From positions 5,936 through 69,935 of the forward strand of contig JBEKFH010000001.1 in NCBI GenBank assembly GCA_050013415.1: DNA of 64,000 nt, written 5' to 3'. The notes beneath the pieces are model-generated. The model saw nothing but the letters and a program-made list of their open reading frames with translations. It was not told the DNA's origin and searched no databases. Source of the stretch: Streptosporangiaceae bacterium (lineage in GTDB: Bacteria; Actinomycetota; Actinomycetes; Streptosporangiales; Streptosporangiaceae). A program made the translations under genes and the position numbers. Shown here in pieces: positions 16,654 to 25,920 of this stretch (positions are counted from its first letter, which is position 1; each line of letters begins with the position of its first letter).

Positions 16654-18131
16654 CGGCCGTGGCCGGCCAGCCGCCAGAATCAGGCATGTTCGGGCAGGCC
16701 CGCCATGAGCGGATGGCCGTCTCGTTCACCGGGCCAGAGTCTGGCACCGCGCCACTCAGCTGGGGCCAGCGGGCGATCTGGCAGGACATGCAGGACAGCG
16801 GCAACCAGTTCAACATGGGCGGGATGTTCGAGCTGCCCGGGGGCAGCTCGGTGCAGGACGCGGCAGCCCGCCTGCGCGGCCTGATGAGCCGGCACGCCGC
16901 CCTGCGGGTGCGGCTGGCAGCCGGCCCCGCGGGCGGCATCTGCCAGCAGGTCGCCGGGTCGGGGCCGACCGGCCTGGACATCCTGACGATCCCCGATGAC
17001 GTCAGCCAGGCCGGCCTGGCGCGCTACGCAGCCGATCTCATGGACACCTGGCCGCCACGGCTGCGGCTGGACTTCCATCGCGACTGGCCGCTGCGGATGG
17101 CGGTGCTCCGGCATCGCGGCGCCTGCACGCACCTGGTCTGGGTGCTGTCCCACCTAGTCGCCGACGGCGGCGCGCACCTGCTGCTGCTCGACGACCTGGT
17201 CGCACACGAGACCGCGGGGCCGGGACCCGGCGAGCCACGGCGCCCGGACCTCCTCGACGTTGCCCGCCGCGAGCAGGAGCCGCAGCTCCGGTCGCTCAGT
17301 ACCCGGGCCATACGGTACTGGGAGGCTGCGCTCAGGGACATCCCAGCGCAGACGTTCAGCGGCATCCCGGCGCAGGTGTCCGCCGGGTCCGGCCCGCAGG
17401 GCCAGGGAGAGCCGCAGTACTGGCAGGCCCGGTTCAGCTCGCCCGCGGCCCACCTGGCTATGCAGGCCATCGCCAGCCGCACCCGGACCGACGCCACCCG
17501 GGTGACGCTTGCCGTCATCGCGACGGCCATCGGGCGCATCACCGGGGCGCACCGGCTAACGCTGAAGGTGATGGCGAGCAACCGGTTCCGGCCGGGCATG
17601 GCCGACGTCATCGCCCCGATCGCGCAGAACTCCGTGGTCACCATCGACGTCGCGGACACCTCGGTCGACGAGGTGGTCGCGCGGGCCCGCGGTGCCTCGC
17701 TGACCGCCAGCATGCGCGCCTACTACGATCCGGACGAGCTCGGAGAGGTCATGGCGCGGCTGGACGCCGAGCGCGGCTACCGGGCCAGGGTCACCTGCCG
17801 GGTCAACGACCAGCGGGCGATGATCATGCGCCCGGACGAGGAGGCTGACGTCGGCGAGGTAACCCCGGAGCACGTCCGGCAGCGGCTGGCGGAAACCTCG
17901 CTGACCTCGCTCGGCGTCAGGGAGAACATGCACGAGCAGGCCAACATCCTGGTCGAGAACAAGCCCGGGGTCGTGTCGCTGCACATGATGTGGGACCTGC
18001 GCTGCCTCACCAGGCAGCAAGCCGGGCAGCTGCTGCGCAGCGTCGAGGAGATCGCGGTCGAGGCAGCGTTCGACCCGGCGGCGCCGACCCTGGTTCGCTC
18101 CGCGCGGGCCGAGACCCCGCACGAGGACTGA
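16650..18131 (+). CDS. Free-standing NRPS condensation-domain protein
   Basis: 493 aa. C1-like LSWGQRAIWQDM and C3-like SHLVADGGA (xHxxxDG, catalytic His retained). GTGA overlap with the hydrolase stop. Confidence 0.75.
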   Translation: MTAVAGQPPESGMFGQARHERMAVSFTGPESGTAPLSWGQRAIWQDMQDSGNQFNMGGMFELPGGSSVQDAAARLRGLMSRHAALRVRLAAGPAGGICQQVAGSGPTGLDILTIPDDVSQAGLARYAADLMDTWPPRLRLDFHRDWPLRMAVLRHRGACTHLVWVLSHLVADGGAHLLLLDDLVAHETAGPGPGEPRRPDLLDVARREQEPQLRSLSTRAIRYWEAALRDIPAQTFSGIPAQVSAGSGPQGQGEPQYWQARFSSPAAHLAMQAIASRTRTDATRVTLAVIATAIGRITGAHRLTLKVMASNRFRPGMADVIAPIAQNSVVTIDVADTSVDEVVARARGASLTASMRAYYDPDELGEVMARLDAERGYRARVTCRVNDQRAMIMRPDEEADVGEVTPEHVRQRLAETSLTSLGVRENMHEQANILVENKPGVVSLHMMWDLRCLTRQQAGQLLRSVEEIAVEAAFDPAAPTLVRSARAETPHED

Positions 18132-18323
18132 CGGTAATTCTGCCGGTAATTTTTCGGATCTGGCCCCTATTTCGTGTGGATACGGTTTCGGTCGCTGGCT
18201 AGTTCTGGGCGGTGAGCAGGACGCGCTTGCGGAGTAGCGGGAGCCCGCTGGGTTCGGCCCCACATCCCGATCCGATCGCTCCGGGGGGCGTGGCTGACTC
18301 ATATCCGTTCCGCCGCAGCCGCG

Positions 18324-18893
18324 TCACCGGTCCGCATTGAGTGAGACCCCCGCACGTAGCACGGTGTCCCCAGATTGGGGATCCTGCGGGATTCCGAACA
18401 CGGTGCTGAGACGCGCGAGCATGAAGTAGTAACCCGTCAGGATCACGGTCTCGACTATCTGCTGGTCGCTGTAGTGTCGCTGTACGGCGTCGAACACGGC
18501 GTCGGGGACCGTGGGGCTGGCCTGGACGGCCGCGATGAACGCGACGAGAGCCTGCTGGGATTCGCTGAGCTCCGGCGAATCCCACTGCCCGACCGCGACA
18601 GCTGCCCGCTGCGACGATGTCACTCCGACGGATTGCGAGATCTGCTCGTGCTGGGATGCCTCGTAGGCCGAATGGGTGCATGATGCTGTTGTGAGGATCG
18701 ACAGCTCACGGTCTTCGGGGGGAAGGGAGCCGGATCCGAACTGGGCGGCTCCGAGTTCGACGACGAGCGTGGCGATCTGTGGCGAGCGCAGCATGATCCG
18801 GAATATGTTGACTAGGGCGCCCGTTTTTTCTGCCTCTGCCCACTGGGCAGGGAGTGAGTCAAGGGGCACATCGGGAATGGCGATACGGGACAT
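18324..18893 (-). CDS. Carboxymuconolactone decarboxylase (CMD/AhpD-like) family protein
   Basis: 189 aa from ATG 18893 (MSRIAIPDVPL...). Has the family-like block LTTASCTHSAYEASQHEQI. The longer start at 19241 in the track overlaps the upstream cupin gene. Confidence 0.55.
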   Translation of the reverse strand: MSRIAIPDVPLDSLPAQWAEAEKTGALVNIFRIMLRSPQIATLVVELGAAQFGSGSLPPEDRELSILTTASCTHSAYEASQHEQISQSVGVTSSQRAAVAVGQWDSPELSESQQALVAFIAAVQASPTVPDAVFDAVQRHYSDQQIVETVILTGYYFMLARLSTVFGIPQDPQSGDTVLRAGVSLNADR

Positions 18894-18928
18894 GGGGACT
18901 CGCTTTCTTAGCGTGTGCTCCGGGTTTC

Positions 18929-19687
18929 TTAGCGTGTGCTCAGGGGAGGAGCGAGGCTGGTGTACATTTCGGGCACAGGAACCTGTACGTCCAGGTAGCG
19001 CACGGGTGACGACGATGGGTTCCACATACTGTGCGCGACGCCAGCCGGGATTACGATCAGTGACTGCGCGTCGCCTGCCGTGTCCTGGCCGGCGATCGTC
19101 AGGGTCAGCCGGCCGTCGAGCACGAACATCAGGTGGTCGTCGTCGAGAACCTGGGGATCGCCGGGTGCCTCGCATCGGGCGAGCTCGACAGTGTGGAGCC
19201 GGGCGCTTCGTACTCCGCAGGCCTCGTCGGCTATCGTCCACTGGGTCCTCGGCCCGGCGGAGCTGGCCGGGCCGGCATCGAGGGCGCGTGTGTAGAGCGC
19301 GGCCGGGGGCGCCGGCACGTCGTCGACTGAGGTCACCGCGGTGAGCAGCGGCAGGCCGGGGCGTATCCCTGGGACCATGATCTCCAGGTGATGCTCCTGC
19401 GCACCGCTGTTATTCCAGTTACAGTGCGGCAGGCCTGCTGGAATGAAGATCACGTCGCCGGCGCCGGCCTTCTGAACGTCGTGGCCGATTTGCACGGTCG
19501 TGTGTCCCGCTAGGAAGACATAGAACTGGTCACAGGCGTGCAGGTGCAGTGGCGGCCCGTTCCCGTCTGTCTCGATCCAGCAGCCGAGCACCATCGCGCT
19601 CTCCAGGCTGGCCGCCAGCACGGCGCGGTATTTCGGATACCCGGTGTCCCCCGCCGCGTCGAGACGTACCTGCCGGACGAATGTCAT
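18929..19687 (-). CDS. Bicupin protein
   Basis: 252 aa with two cupin-like modules (HLHACDQFYVFLAGH...IFIPAGLPH and DDHLMFVLDGR...IVIPAGVAH). AGGAGA lies before ATG 19687. Confidence 0.6.
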   Translation of the reverse strand: MTFVRQVRLDAAGDTGYPKYRAVLAASLESAMVLGCWIETDGNGPPLHLHACDQFYVFLAGHTTVQIGHDVQKAGAGDVIFIPAGLPHCNWNNSGAQEHHLEIMVPGIRPGLPLLTAVTSVDDVPAPPAALYTRALDAGPASSAGPRTQWTIADEACGVRSARLHTVELARCEAPGDPQVLDDDHLMFVLDGRLTLTIAGQDTAGDAQSLIVIPAGVAHSMWNPSSSPVRYLDVQVPVPEMYTSLAPPLSTR

Positions 19688-19789
19688 GACTGGTTTCTCC
19701 TGATGATCAAGCGCTGGGTACGGCCGTCGGGTGGGCGGTGATCCGCTTGCACGGTCGCCGGCGCGTGGCGGGCATGACCGCAGACCGGG

Positions 19790-20965
19790 TCAGCAGCCGC
19801 CGACACGTCGGATCGCTCCCTCAGCGCGCAGGTCGGCCAGGGCGGGGTAGCCGTCCACGGCCATGAGCAGGTCGGCCTCGGCGAGCAGCGCGCGGATGAT
19901 GTGCACCACGGCGTCCTCGCCGCCGAGGGCGAGCGCGTAAATATAGGGGCGGCCGATCCCGACTGCGGTGGCGCCCAGGGCCAGGGCCTTGACCACATCG
20001 GCGCCGGTGCGGACACCGGAGTCGAAGAGCACCGGGGTGTCGCCCGCGGCGTCGACCACGTCGGGCAGGGCCTCAAGGGTCGAGAGGCCGCCGTCCGCCT
20101 GCCGGCCGCCGTGGTTGGAGCAGTAAATGCCCTCGACGCCGTAGTCCTTGGCCCGGCGCACGTCGTCGGGGTGGTTGATGCCCTTGAGCACGATCGGCAG
20201 GCTGGTGGCTTCCCGCATCCAGGCCAGATCGTCCCAGCCCACCGAGAGCCCGAAGATCTTCATCCATTCCTCCACCGCGGCGCGCGGGTCATCCTCGGGG
20301 CTCCTGGCCAGGCGCTTGCGGAAAGACGGGTCCGAGAAGTAGTTGGCTAGGGCGTAGCCGCGAAATTCCGGGGTGTTCGCGAGGTTCAGCTCCCCGGGGC
20401 GCCAGCCGAATATCCAGCTGTCGAGGGTGACGATAAGAGCGCGGTATCCGGCGTGCTCGGCCCGCTGGATCAAGCTCGTGGCGACGTCGCGGTCGCTGGG
20501 CGTGTAGAGCTGGAAGAACGCGGGGGTGTCGCCCAGCCGGGCGGCCACCTGCTCCAGGGGGTCTTGGGCCAGGGTCGACACGGCCCACGGCACACCGGTG
20601 CGGGCGGAAGCTCCCGCCAGGGCGAGGTCGCCGTGGAGGTCCTGCGCGCTGATGCCGCTGACCCCGATCGGGGCCAGGAACAGCGGGCTGGGCAGGTCGA
20701 TCCCGAACAGCGACACGGACAGGTCGCGCTTGGTGGCCTGCTGCATCATCCGCGGCACGATCCCCCAGCCGTCGAAAGCCTCGACGTTGGCGCGCTGGGT
20801 ACGGCCCGCGCCGGCGCCCCCCGCCACGAAAGACAGGACCCAGTCCGGAAGGGCCGCCGACCCGTTCCGCTCCAGCGTCTGGTAGTCCATCGGCCAGCGC
20901 GGCAGCCTCCCCTGAACGATGCCTGCCTCGTAGATCTCATTCTGGTAATCGCCGTACTGGGACAT
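19790..20965 (-). CDS. FMN-dependent alpha-hydroxy acid oxidase/dehydrogenase (lactate 2-monooxygenase / mandelate oxidase family)
   Basis: 391 aa. Motifs MSQYGDYQNEIY, FFQLY, LIVTLD, IVLKGI, SNHGGRQ and DSGVRTG.D..KALALGA. RBS is GAGAGGA. Confidence 0.8.
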   Translation of the reverse strand: MSQYGDYQNEIYEAGIVQGRLPRWPMDYQTLERNGSAALPDWVLSFVAGGAGAGRTQRANVEAFDGWGIVPRMMQQATKRDLSVSLFGIDLPSPLFLAPIGVSGISAQDLHGDLALAGASARTGVPWAVSTLAQDPLEQVAARLGDTPAFFQLYTPSDRDVATSLIQRAEHAGYRALIVTLDSWIFGWRPGELNLANTPEFRGYALANYFSDPSFRKRLARSPEDDPRAAVEEWMKIFGLSVGWDDLAWMREATSLPIVLKGINHPDDVRRAKDYGVEGIYCSNHGGRQADGGLSTLEALPDVVDAAGDTPVLFDSGVRTGADVVKALALGATAVGIGRPYIYALALGGEDAVVHIIRALLAEADLLMAVDGYPALADLRAEGAIRRVGGC

Positions 20966-21201
20966 TCCCGGTCCTCTCTGAGGTCAGCGTCTCCATGGGC
21001 AGCCGCCGCAACGGAGGCGTTGAGGCTCCATCGTCTCCGCGGCACGGTGCTCTTCGTATCCGTACAACCCGCAGTCCCGGTACGAGCGCTGGCCCGGGCG
21101 AAGGATCAGATAAACACCGGGCCCCCCGAACGGCCGTCATTTCCGTGGCGCCGCGGACGGTGGCCGGTGATGCGCTTAGACGGTGGCTGCGGCTGTTGGC
21201 G

Positions 21202-24006
21202 TCAGTGCCCGGCGTGCGGGAGCTGGGCGCGGGAGGTGATGTCGAGTTTGGTGAAGATGTTCTGCAGGTGGTACTCGATGGTCCGGGGGCTGACGAACAG
21301 CTGGGCGGCGATCTCCCGGGTGGGGAGCCCAGCGCTGGCGAGCTGGGCGATCTGGGCCTGCTGCGGCGTGAGCTGCGACGTGGTGCCGGGCGACCGTTTG
21401 CGAGGGTGCTCGCCGGTGGCCCGCAGCTCCCGGACGGCGCGGCCGGCGAAGGCTTCGGCCCCCATCGCGGCGAACATGCCGTGGGCAGTGCGCAACTGCT
21501 CGCGGGCGTCACCGCGGCGGCGCTCACGGCGCAGCCACTCCCCGTACACGAGGTGGGCACGGGCCAGATCGGTGGCGATCGACGTCCGGCCGAGACGGCT
21601 GATCGCCTCGGTGTAGAGGTCCTCGGCCTGGCTGGTGTCGCTGGTCATCAGGGCGCGGCACCGGGCGATGACGCCCAGCCCCCACTCATGCCCGCCCGCT
21701 GCGGTGGCTGCCGCAAGGAGCTCAATCGCCTTGGCGGCAACGAGCGGGCTGCTGGTGCGGGCGGCGGCTTCGATCACCTCGGGCAGCACCCACGGGGCAA
21801 CCGCAGACACGCGGGCGTCGGCACACTCGCGCACCGCGTCGAGTGCCACGTCGTAGCGGCCGAGAGCGTTGTACTGCAGGGCGGTGGCGTAGTCCACGAC
21901 AGCGAGTCCCTGGCCCCTTCCATAGGCGACAAGGACCGGCCTGGAGCTTCGGGTCACGGCCAGCGTCTCCTGCTCGCGGCCGCGCCATCCGGCAAGTATC
22001 ACTTTCCCGACGGGCGCTGGTGCGACGCCGATGGCCGCCCGGATCCCGGCCGCTTCCTCGGTCGCCCTGGCGGCAAGGTCGAAGCGCCCGCACAGGGTTT
22101 CCCAGGCCACGAGGTCATGGCAGACGGATAGGAGGCCGACGAGGTTCCCGCTGCGGCGGTCGACCTCGGCGGTGCGCTCCACCAGCAGCCCCCAGGTTTC
22201 GTCATCCCACATCATGAGCGCGGTGAACATCGCCACGGCCGGGATCGGGCTGTCCGCCTGGTCCCGGAAGGCGCCTAGGGCCCTATGGAGAGCGAGGGTC
22301 CCGGCAGCGCCACCGGTGGTGAACCTGGTGACCATGCCGTCAAGGAGCAGGTCGACTGGTCGCGGCGGCTGGGCCGCCCTCGGGGCGGCACGGGCCGCCT
22401 GCGCGGCGTTCCGCGGCCCGTCTTCGGGCCCAAGGCGCCCAGCGCGCATCGCTTCCCCGATGGCTTGGAGGTAGATCTCGCGTGACAGAGCAGGCTCGAA
22501 CGGGGCCAGTTCCCTGGCGGCGTGCAGAAGCCTCTGAGGCGCCCCGCCCCGGCTCTGGGTCAGCAGGAGTGCAGCCCGCGCCTCCAGCAGCTCCAGGCGG
22601 GCGAGATCAGCCGGACTGAGCGGTCCCTGCCGGGCGATCTGCATGAGCTGGCGGGCTTTGCCGGGAGCTCCGGCGGCCAGCTTGGCGGTGGCCGCGGTCA
22701 CCGCCCGTACTGCCCGGCGGCCGCAGTCGGGGGTCAGCGACACCGCACGCTCCCGGAACGCGGCCTCCGCGGCGAGGCCTCCCCGGGCGTGCGCCCGCTC
22801 CGCGGAGCGCTCCAGGTCTGCGGCGATCTCCTCATCAGCCCCGGCGGCCGCCTCGGCGCGGTGCCACGCCCGCCGGTCGGGGTCGGCCTGGAGGTCGGTC
22901 ACCTCCGCCAGCGCCCGGTGAACCAGGCGGCGGTCCTCGCCCGGCGCACCGTGGTAGACCGCCGAGCGGACCAGCGGGTGGCGGAACGCCACCCGGTCGC
23001 CGACGCGGATCAGGCCCTCAGCCTCAGCCTCGTCCATGGCCCGCTCATCCAGGCCCAGCCGGCTGGCCGCCTCCCGCAGCAGGCCCGGATCCCCCAGCGG
23101 CTCCGCGGCCGCCGCCAGCAGCAGCAGGCGCGTCCGCGCCGGCAGGCCGGCGATGCGCAGCCGGAAACTGTCCTCAATCCGGTCCGGGACCAGCCCGGTC
23201 GCCGGTATCTCAAAGCCGCCCCCCAGATCCACGGTGGTGGACGTCCGCGGCAGCTCAAGCAGTGCGAGCGGGTTGCCGTGCGCCTCGGCGAGAATCCGCT
23301 CTGCGACCTGCGCGTCCAGCGGGCCCGGCAGGCTTTCCGCCAGCAGCGCCCGCGCGTCGTCATCACTGAGCCCGGCCACCTCCAGCGCGGGCAGGCCGGC
23401 CAGGGCCGGCAGCGCAGCCCCAGCCCGCTCCGCGAACAGCAGCGCCACCGGGTCGACCTGCAGCCGCCGGGCCACGAAGCCGAGCACCTGAGCCGAGGCC
23501 TGGTCGAGCCACTGGGCGTCATCGACGATCCACAGCACCGGCTGCTCCTCAGCCAGCGCCGACAGCAGGCTAAGCACCGCCAGGCCGACCAGGAACGGGT
23601 CGGCGGCCGGGCCCCGGCGCAGCCCGAAGGCCACCTGCAGGGCGTCCGCCTGCGGACCCGGCAGGTCAGCGATCCGGGCTTCCGCCGGGCCGCACAGCTG
23701 CTGCAAGGCGGCGAAGCTCAGCTCCTTCTCGGCTTCCGCCCCGCACAAGTGCGCTACCCGGAAGCCCGCCGCAGACCGCGCGGCGCAGCCGAGCAGCGCG
23801 GACTTGCCGATCCCGGCCTCGCCGCGGACAACCAGCGCGCCACTGCGACCCTCGAGAGCGTTCCGCAGCAGGCAGTCGACCGCTTCCAGCTCCGCACCCC
23901 GCCCGAGGAACCGCAGCGCCGCAACGGGCTGCTCCGGCGCAACCAGCAGATCCGGGCGTCTCGGTCGGCCAGAGCGCGTCTTCGCGGCGGCGCTGACCAC
24001 GCTCAC
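21202..24006 (-). CDS. LAL-type (large ATP-binding LuxR family) transcriptional regulator
   Basis: Walker A GEAGIGKSALL and a C-terminal LuxR HTH LTPQQAQIAQLASAGLPTREIAAQLFVSPRTIEYHLQNIFTKL. I favour GTG 24006 (GGAGA 6 nt upstream). The ORF track extends to 24105. Confidence 0.8.
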   Translation of the reverse strand: MSVVSAAAKTRSGRPRRPDLLVAPEQPVAALRFLGRGAELEAVDCLLRNALEGRSGALVVRGEAGIGKSALLGCAARSAAGFRVAHLCGAEAEKELSFAALQQLCGPAEARIADLPGPQADALQVAFGLRRGPAADPFLVGLAVLSLLSALAEEQPVLWIVDDAQWLDQASAQVLGFVARRLQVDPVALLFAERAGAALPALAGLPALEVAGLSDDDARALLAESLPGPLDAQVAERILAEAHGNPLALLELPRTSTTVDLGGGFEIPATGLVPDRIEDSFRLRIAGLPARTRLLLLAAAAEPLGDPGLLREAASRLGLDERAMDEAEAEGLIRVGDRVAFRHPLVRSAVYHGAPGEDRRLVHRALAEVTDLQADPDRRAWHRAEAAAGADEEIAADLERSAERAHARGGLAAEAAFRERAVSLTPDCGRRAVRAVTAATAKLAAGAPGKARQLMQIARQGPLSPADLARLELLEARAALLLTQSRGGAPQRLLHAARELAPFEPALSREIYLQAIGEAMRAGRLGPEDGPRNAAQAARAAPRAAQPPRPVDLLLDGMVTRFTTGGAAGTLALHRALGAFRDQADSPIPAVAMFTALMMWDDETWGLLVERTAEVDRRSGNLVGLLSVCHDLVAWETLCGRFDLAARATEEAAGIRAAIGVAPAPVGKVILAGWRGREQETLAVTRSSRPVLVAYGRGQGLAVVDYATALQYNALGRYDVALDAVRECADARVSAVAPWVLPEVIEAAARTSSPLVAAKAIELLAAATAAGGHEWGLGVIARCRALMTSDTSQAEDLYTEAISRLGRTSIATDLARAHLVYGEWLRRERRRGDAREQLRTAHGMFAAMGAEAFAGRAVRELRATGEHPRKRSPGTTSQLTPQQAQIAQLASAGLPTREIAAQLFVSPRTIEYHLQNIFTKLDITSRAQLPHAGH

Positions 24007-24635
24007 CGGCGGTCTCCGGGGGAACTGACACCGGCCGGGAGCCTGTCGCCTGGGCCTGGCAGAATGCCCCTCAACGGGCGTGGCCCCGGCGGGCAGCCAG
24101 CCCAAGCCCGGGCGGCGACGGCCCCGCTGTGTGCCGATCGTATCGAGTACTCCCGCACGGCCGGAACAGCAGACAGCCGACGGAACGGCAGCCGCATCTC
24201 AGACGGAGGGTAATCAACCGGTGGTGCCACGTAATCTCCCGCAGACATGCACGCCAGTACGGGGCGTCACCGGGGTCCGGAGCAACGGGCTGTCTCGCTG
24301 TGGTGACTGGCGATTCCACCACCTAGTTCAGTGTATGCCGGCGGAAACGTCGACTGAGTGCCCTGCGCCTGTCGCGGCCGGGACTGCGGGGTGTACGGAT
24401 ACGAACAGCCCCGCATCCCGTTCACGATGAATCGAAAGCCCGGCAAAGTTGAGCCGCCGTCCGTGGCGCTAAGTTGCGCATCTGCGGCGTCTTCGTGGCT
24501 CCGCCCGCCCAGGCCGGGAGGGATTTTCACGCATCTGCCCCTATCCGCGTCTGTCCTCGGCGGTACGTGGTGATGACCGCCCTCGGGACCTAGACCACGC
24601 CGGGATCAAGCTGAGAGCTTCAAGATCGTACGCCT

Positions 24636-24664
24636 GTCATGATCACAAAAATGATGATCATGAC
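24636..24664. repeat. Perfect 10-bp inverted repeat (gtcatgatca / tgatcatgac) with a 9-nt spacer, in a sharply AT-rich patch
   Basis: Arms at 24636-24645 and 24655-24664. Local GC is about 30% in a ~72% GC background. It sits immediately upstream of the truncated repeat-protein fragment. Confidence 0.7.
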
Positions 24665-24679
24665 GCCACGAGACACGCC

Positions 24680-25006
24680 GGCAACCGTGACCTCGGCCTG
24701 GGCATGGAGGAGTTCAGCAGCCCTTCCATCACCGCCACCTCCAGCGGCAGTCCCGAGATAGCGTTCCAGGCCAACGACATCGACCTGTGGTACTACACGC
24801 CGAGCAACGCCGGCGACCGCGACCTCGGCCTGGGCATGGCCTCCGGCACCGACCCCGCCATCACGGCCACGGCCAGCGGCAGTCCCGAGATAGCGTTCCA
24901 GGCCAACAACAACGACCTGTACTACTACACCCCGGCCAACTCCAGCCGCGACACCGGCCTGGGCATGCACGTCGGCACCAGCCCCGCCATCCAGCCGGGG
25001 ACGTAG
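24680..25006 (+). pseudogene. 5'-truncated fragment (about 2.5 repeats) of the propeller-repeat protein family encoded at 62830-64000
   Basis: The reading frame of ORF 24704-25006 carries SPAITA..SGSPEIAFQAN...L.YYTP.N...RD.GLGM units. The homology (GNRDLGLGM) continues upstream of the listed ATG and stops at the AT-rich palindrome. There is no signal peptide, no N-terminal domain and no convincing start. Confidence 0.5.
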
Positions 25007-25030
25007 GCAGCCGGATCCGGCGGAAGGCGG

Positions 25031-25915
25031 TCAGCCGTCGAAGGCGGTCAGGCTGAGATAGCCCAGCGCTGGATCGTAGTCAGCGGCCACCAGCAGATCC
25101 GGCCGGCCCGCGTCGCTGGCGAGCTCGTCGATGAGCCCCCACCAGACCCCGGTGGACGGCTGGCCGGGCGGCATCACCCGCACCCGCCCGGCAGCGGGCG
25201 CGGCCCATACCGCGGCGAGCGCGTCACTGAGCACCAGCCCCACCTCGCGGTGGCCGGCCGCCAGCTCCTTCAGGCCGGCGGCGGCGAGGCCGGCCACGTC
25301 GCCAGGCGCGACGCCCGGATGCTGGCGCAGGCCGGCCACCCTGGCCTGCGGCATCGCGCAGTCACCGTAGAGCATGGCGACACCCCGGTGCTGCGATGGC
25401 ACCGGTACCGGGCAGTCGTACGGGAGAGCCGCCTGCTCCACGACGATCAGCAGTGCCCGCGCGACTGCGGCCGACGAGGCGTACTCGCGGGCAATCCGCA
25501 GGCCGCTGAAGGCCGCGGCCGAGCCCTGGTCGCAGATGGCGAACGCCATCGGCGCGCCCGGGGTGACGTGAGACAGGTACGCGGCCGTCTGGCGGCCAGG
25601 CCACAGGTCGTGGATGGAGAACGCCAGCACCAGCAGGTCGACCGGCTCGCCGGCCGGGACGGCCAGCCCGATCAGCGTCTCGGCCATCTCCCCGTACGAG
25701 TGGCCGAGTGCTGGCGAGGGCGGCTCGCCGAGCGCGGCGGCCGGCACCTCGAGCGCGTAGGGCCTGGTCATGTCCGCCAGGTACCCGGCCACCCGGGCAC
25801 GGTTTCCCGGATCGGCGAGGAACCCGGCGGGCCCGGTGAAGCTGCGCCGCACGGCCCGTGCCAGCTGGAGTTCAGCGCGCCGCGGCGGTCCCGTCGGCGG
25901 GCGCGCGACGAACAC
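25031..25915 (-). CDS. Hypothetical protein, possibly a thiolase/KS-like partner of the adjacent KASIII
   Basis: 294 aa. GTG 25915 lies 5 nt after the ACP stop, so it is co-oriented and tightly packed. There is weak KS-like context at FAICDQGSAAAFSGLRIA. I recognise no other motif. Confidence 0.5.
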   Translation of the reverse strand: MFVARPPTGPPRRAELQLARAVRRSFTGPAGFLADPGNRARVAGYLADMTRPYALEVPAAALGEPPSPALGHSYGEMAETLIGLAVPAGEPVDLLVLAFSIHDLWPGRQTAAYLSHVTPGAPMAFAICDQGSAAAFSGLRIAREYASSAAVARALLIVVEQAALPYDCPVPVPSQHRGVAMLYGDCAMPQARVAGLRQHPGVAPGDVAGLAAAGLKELAAGHREVGLVLSDALAAVWAAPAAGRVRVMPPGQPSTGVWWGLIDELASDAGRPDLLVAADYDPALGYLSLTAFDG

Positions 25916-25920
25916 GGCGG

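Noticed and set aside
22522-24213. 563-aa plus-strand ORF
   Set aside because: It is antisense to the LAL regulator, which has clear Walker A and LuxR HTH motifs. Its composition is junk-like.
24358-24573. Small ORFs in the 24.1-24.6 kb gap (71 aa on the plus strand, 87 aa on the minus strand) considered as a RiPP/PEARL scaffold peptide for the LanB-like domain
   Set aside because: They have no RBS and no leader/core-like organisation, they overlap each other, and they lie far from the LanB-like domain. I cannot support them as genes.
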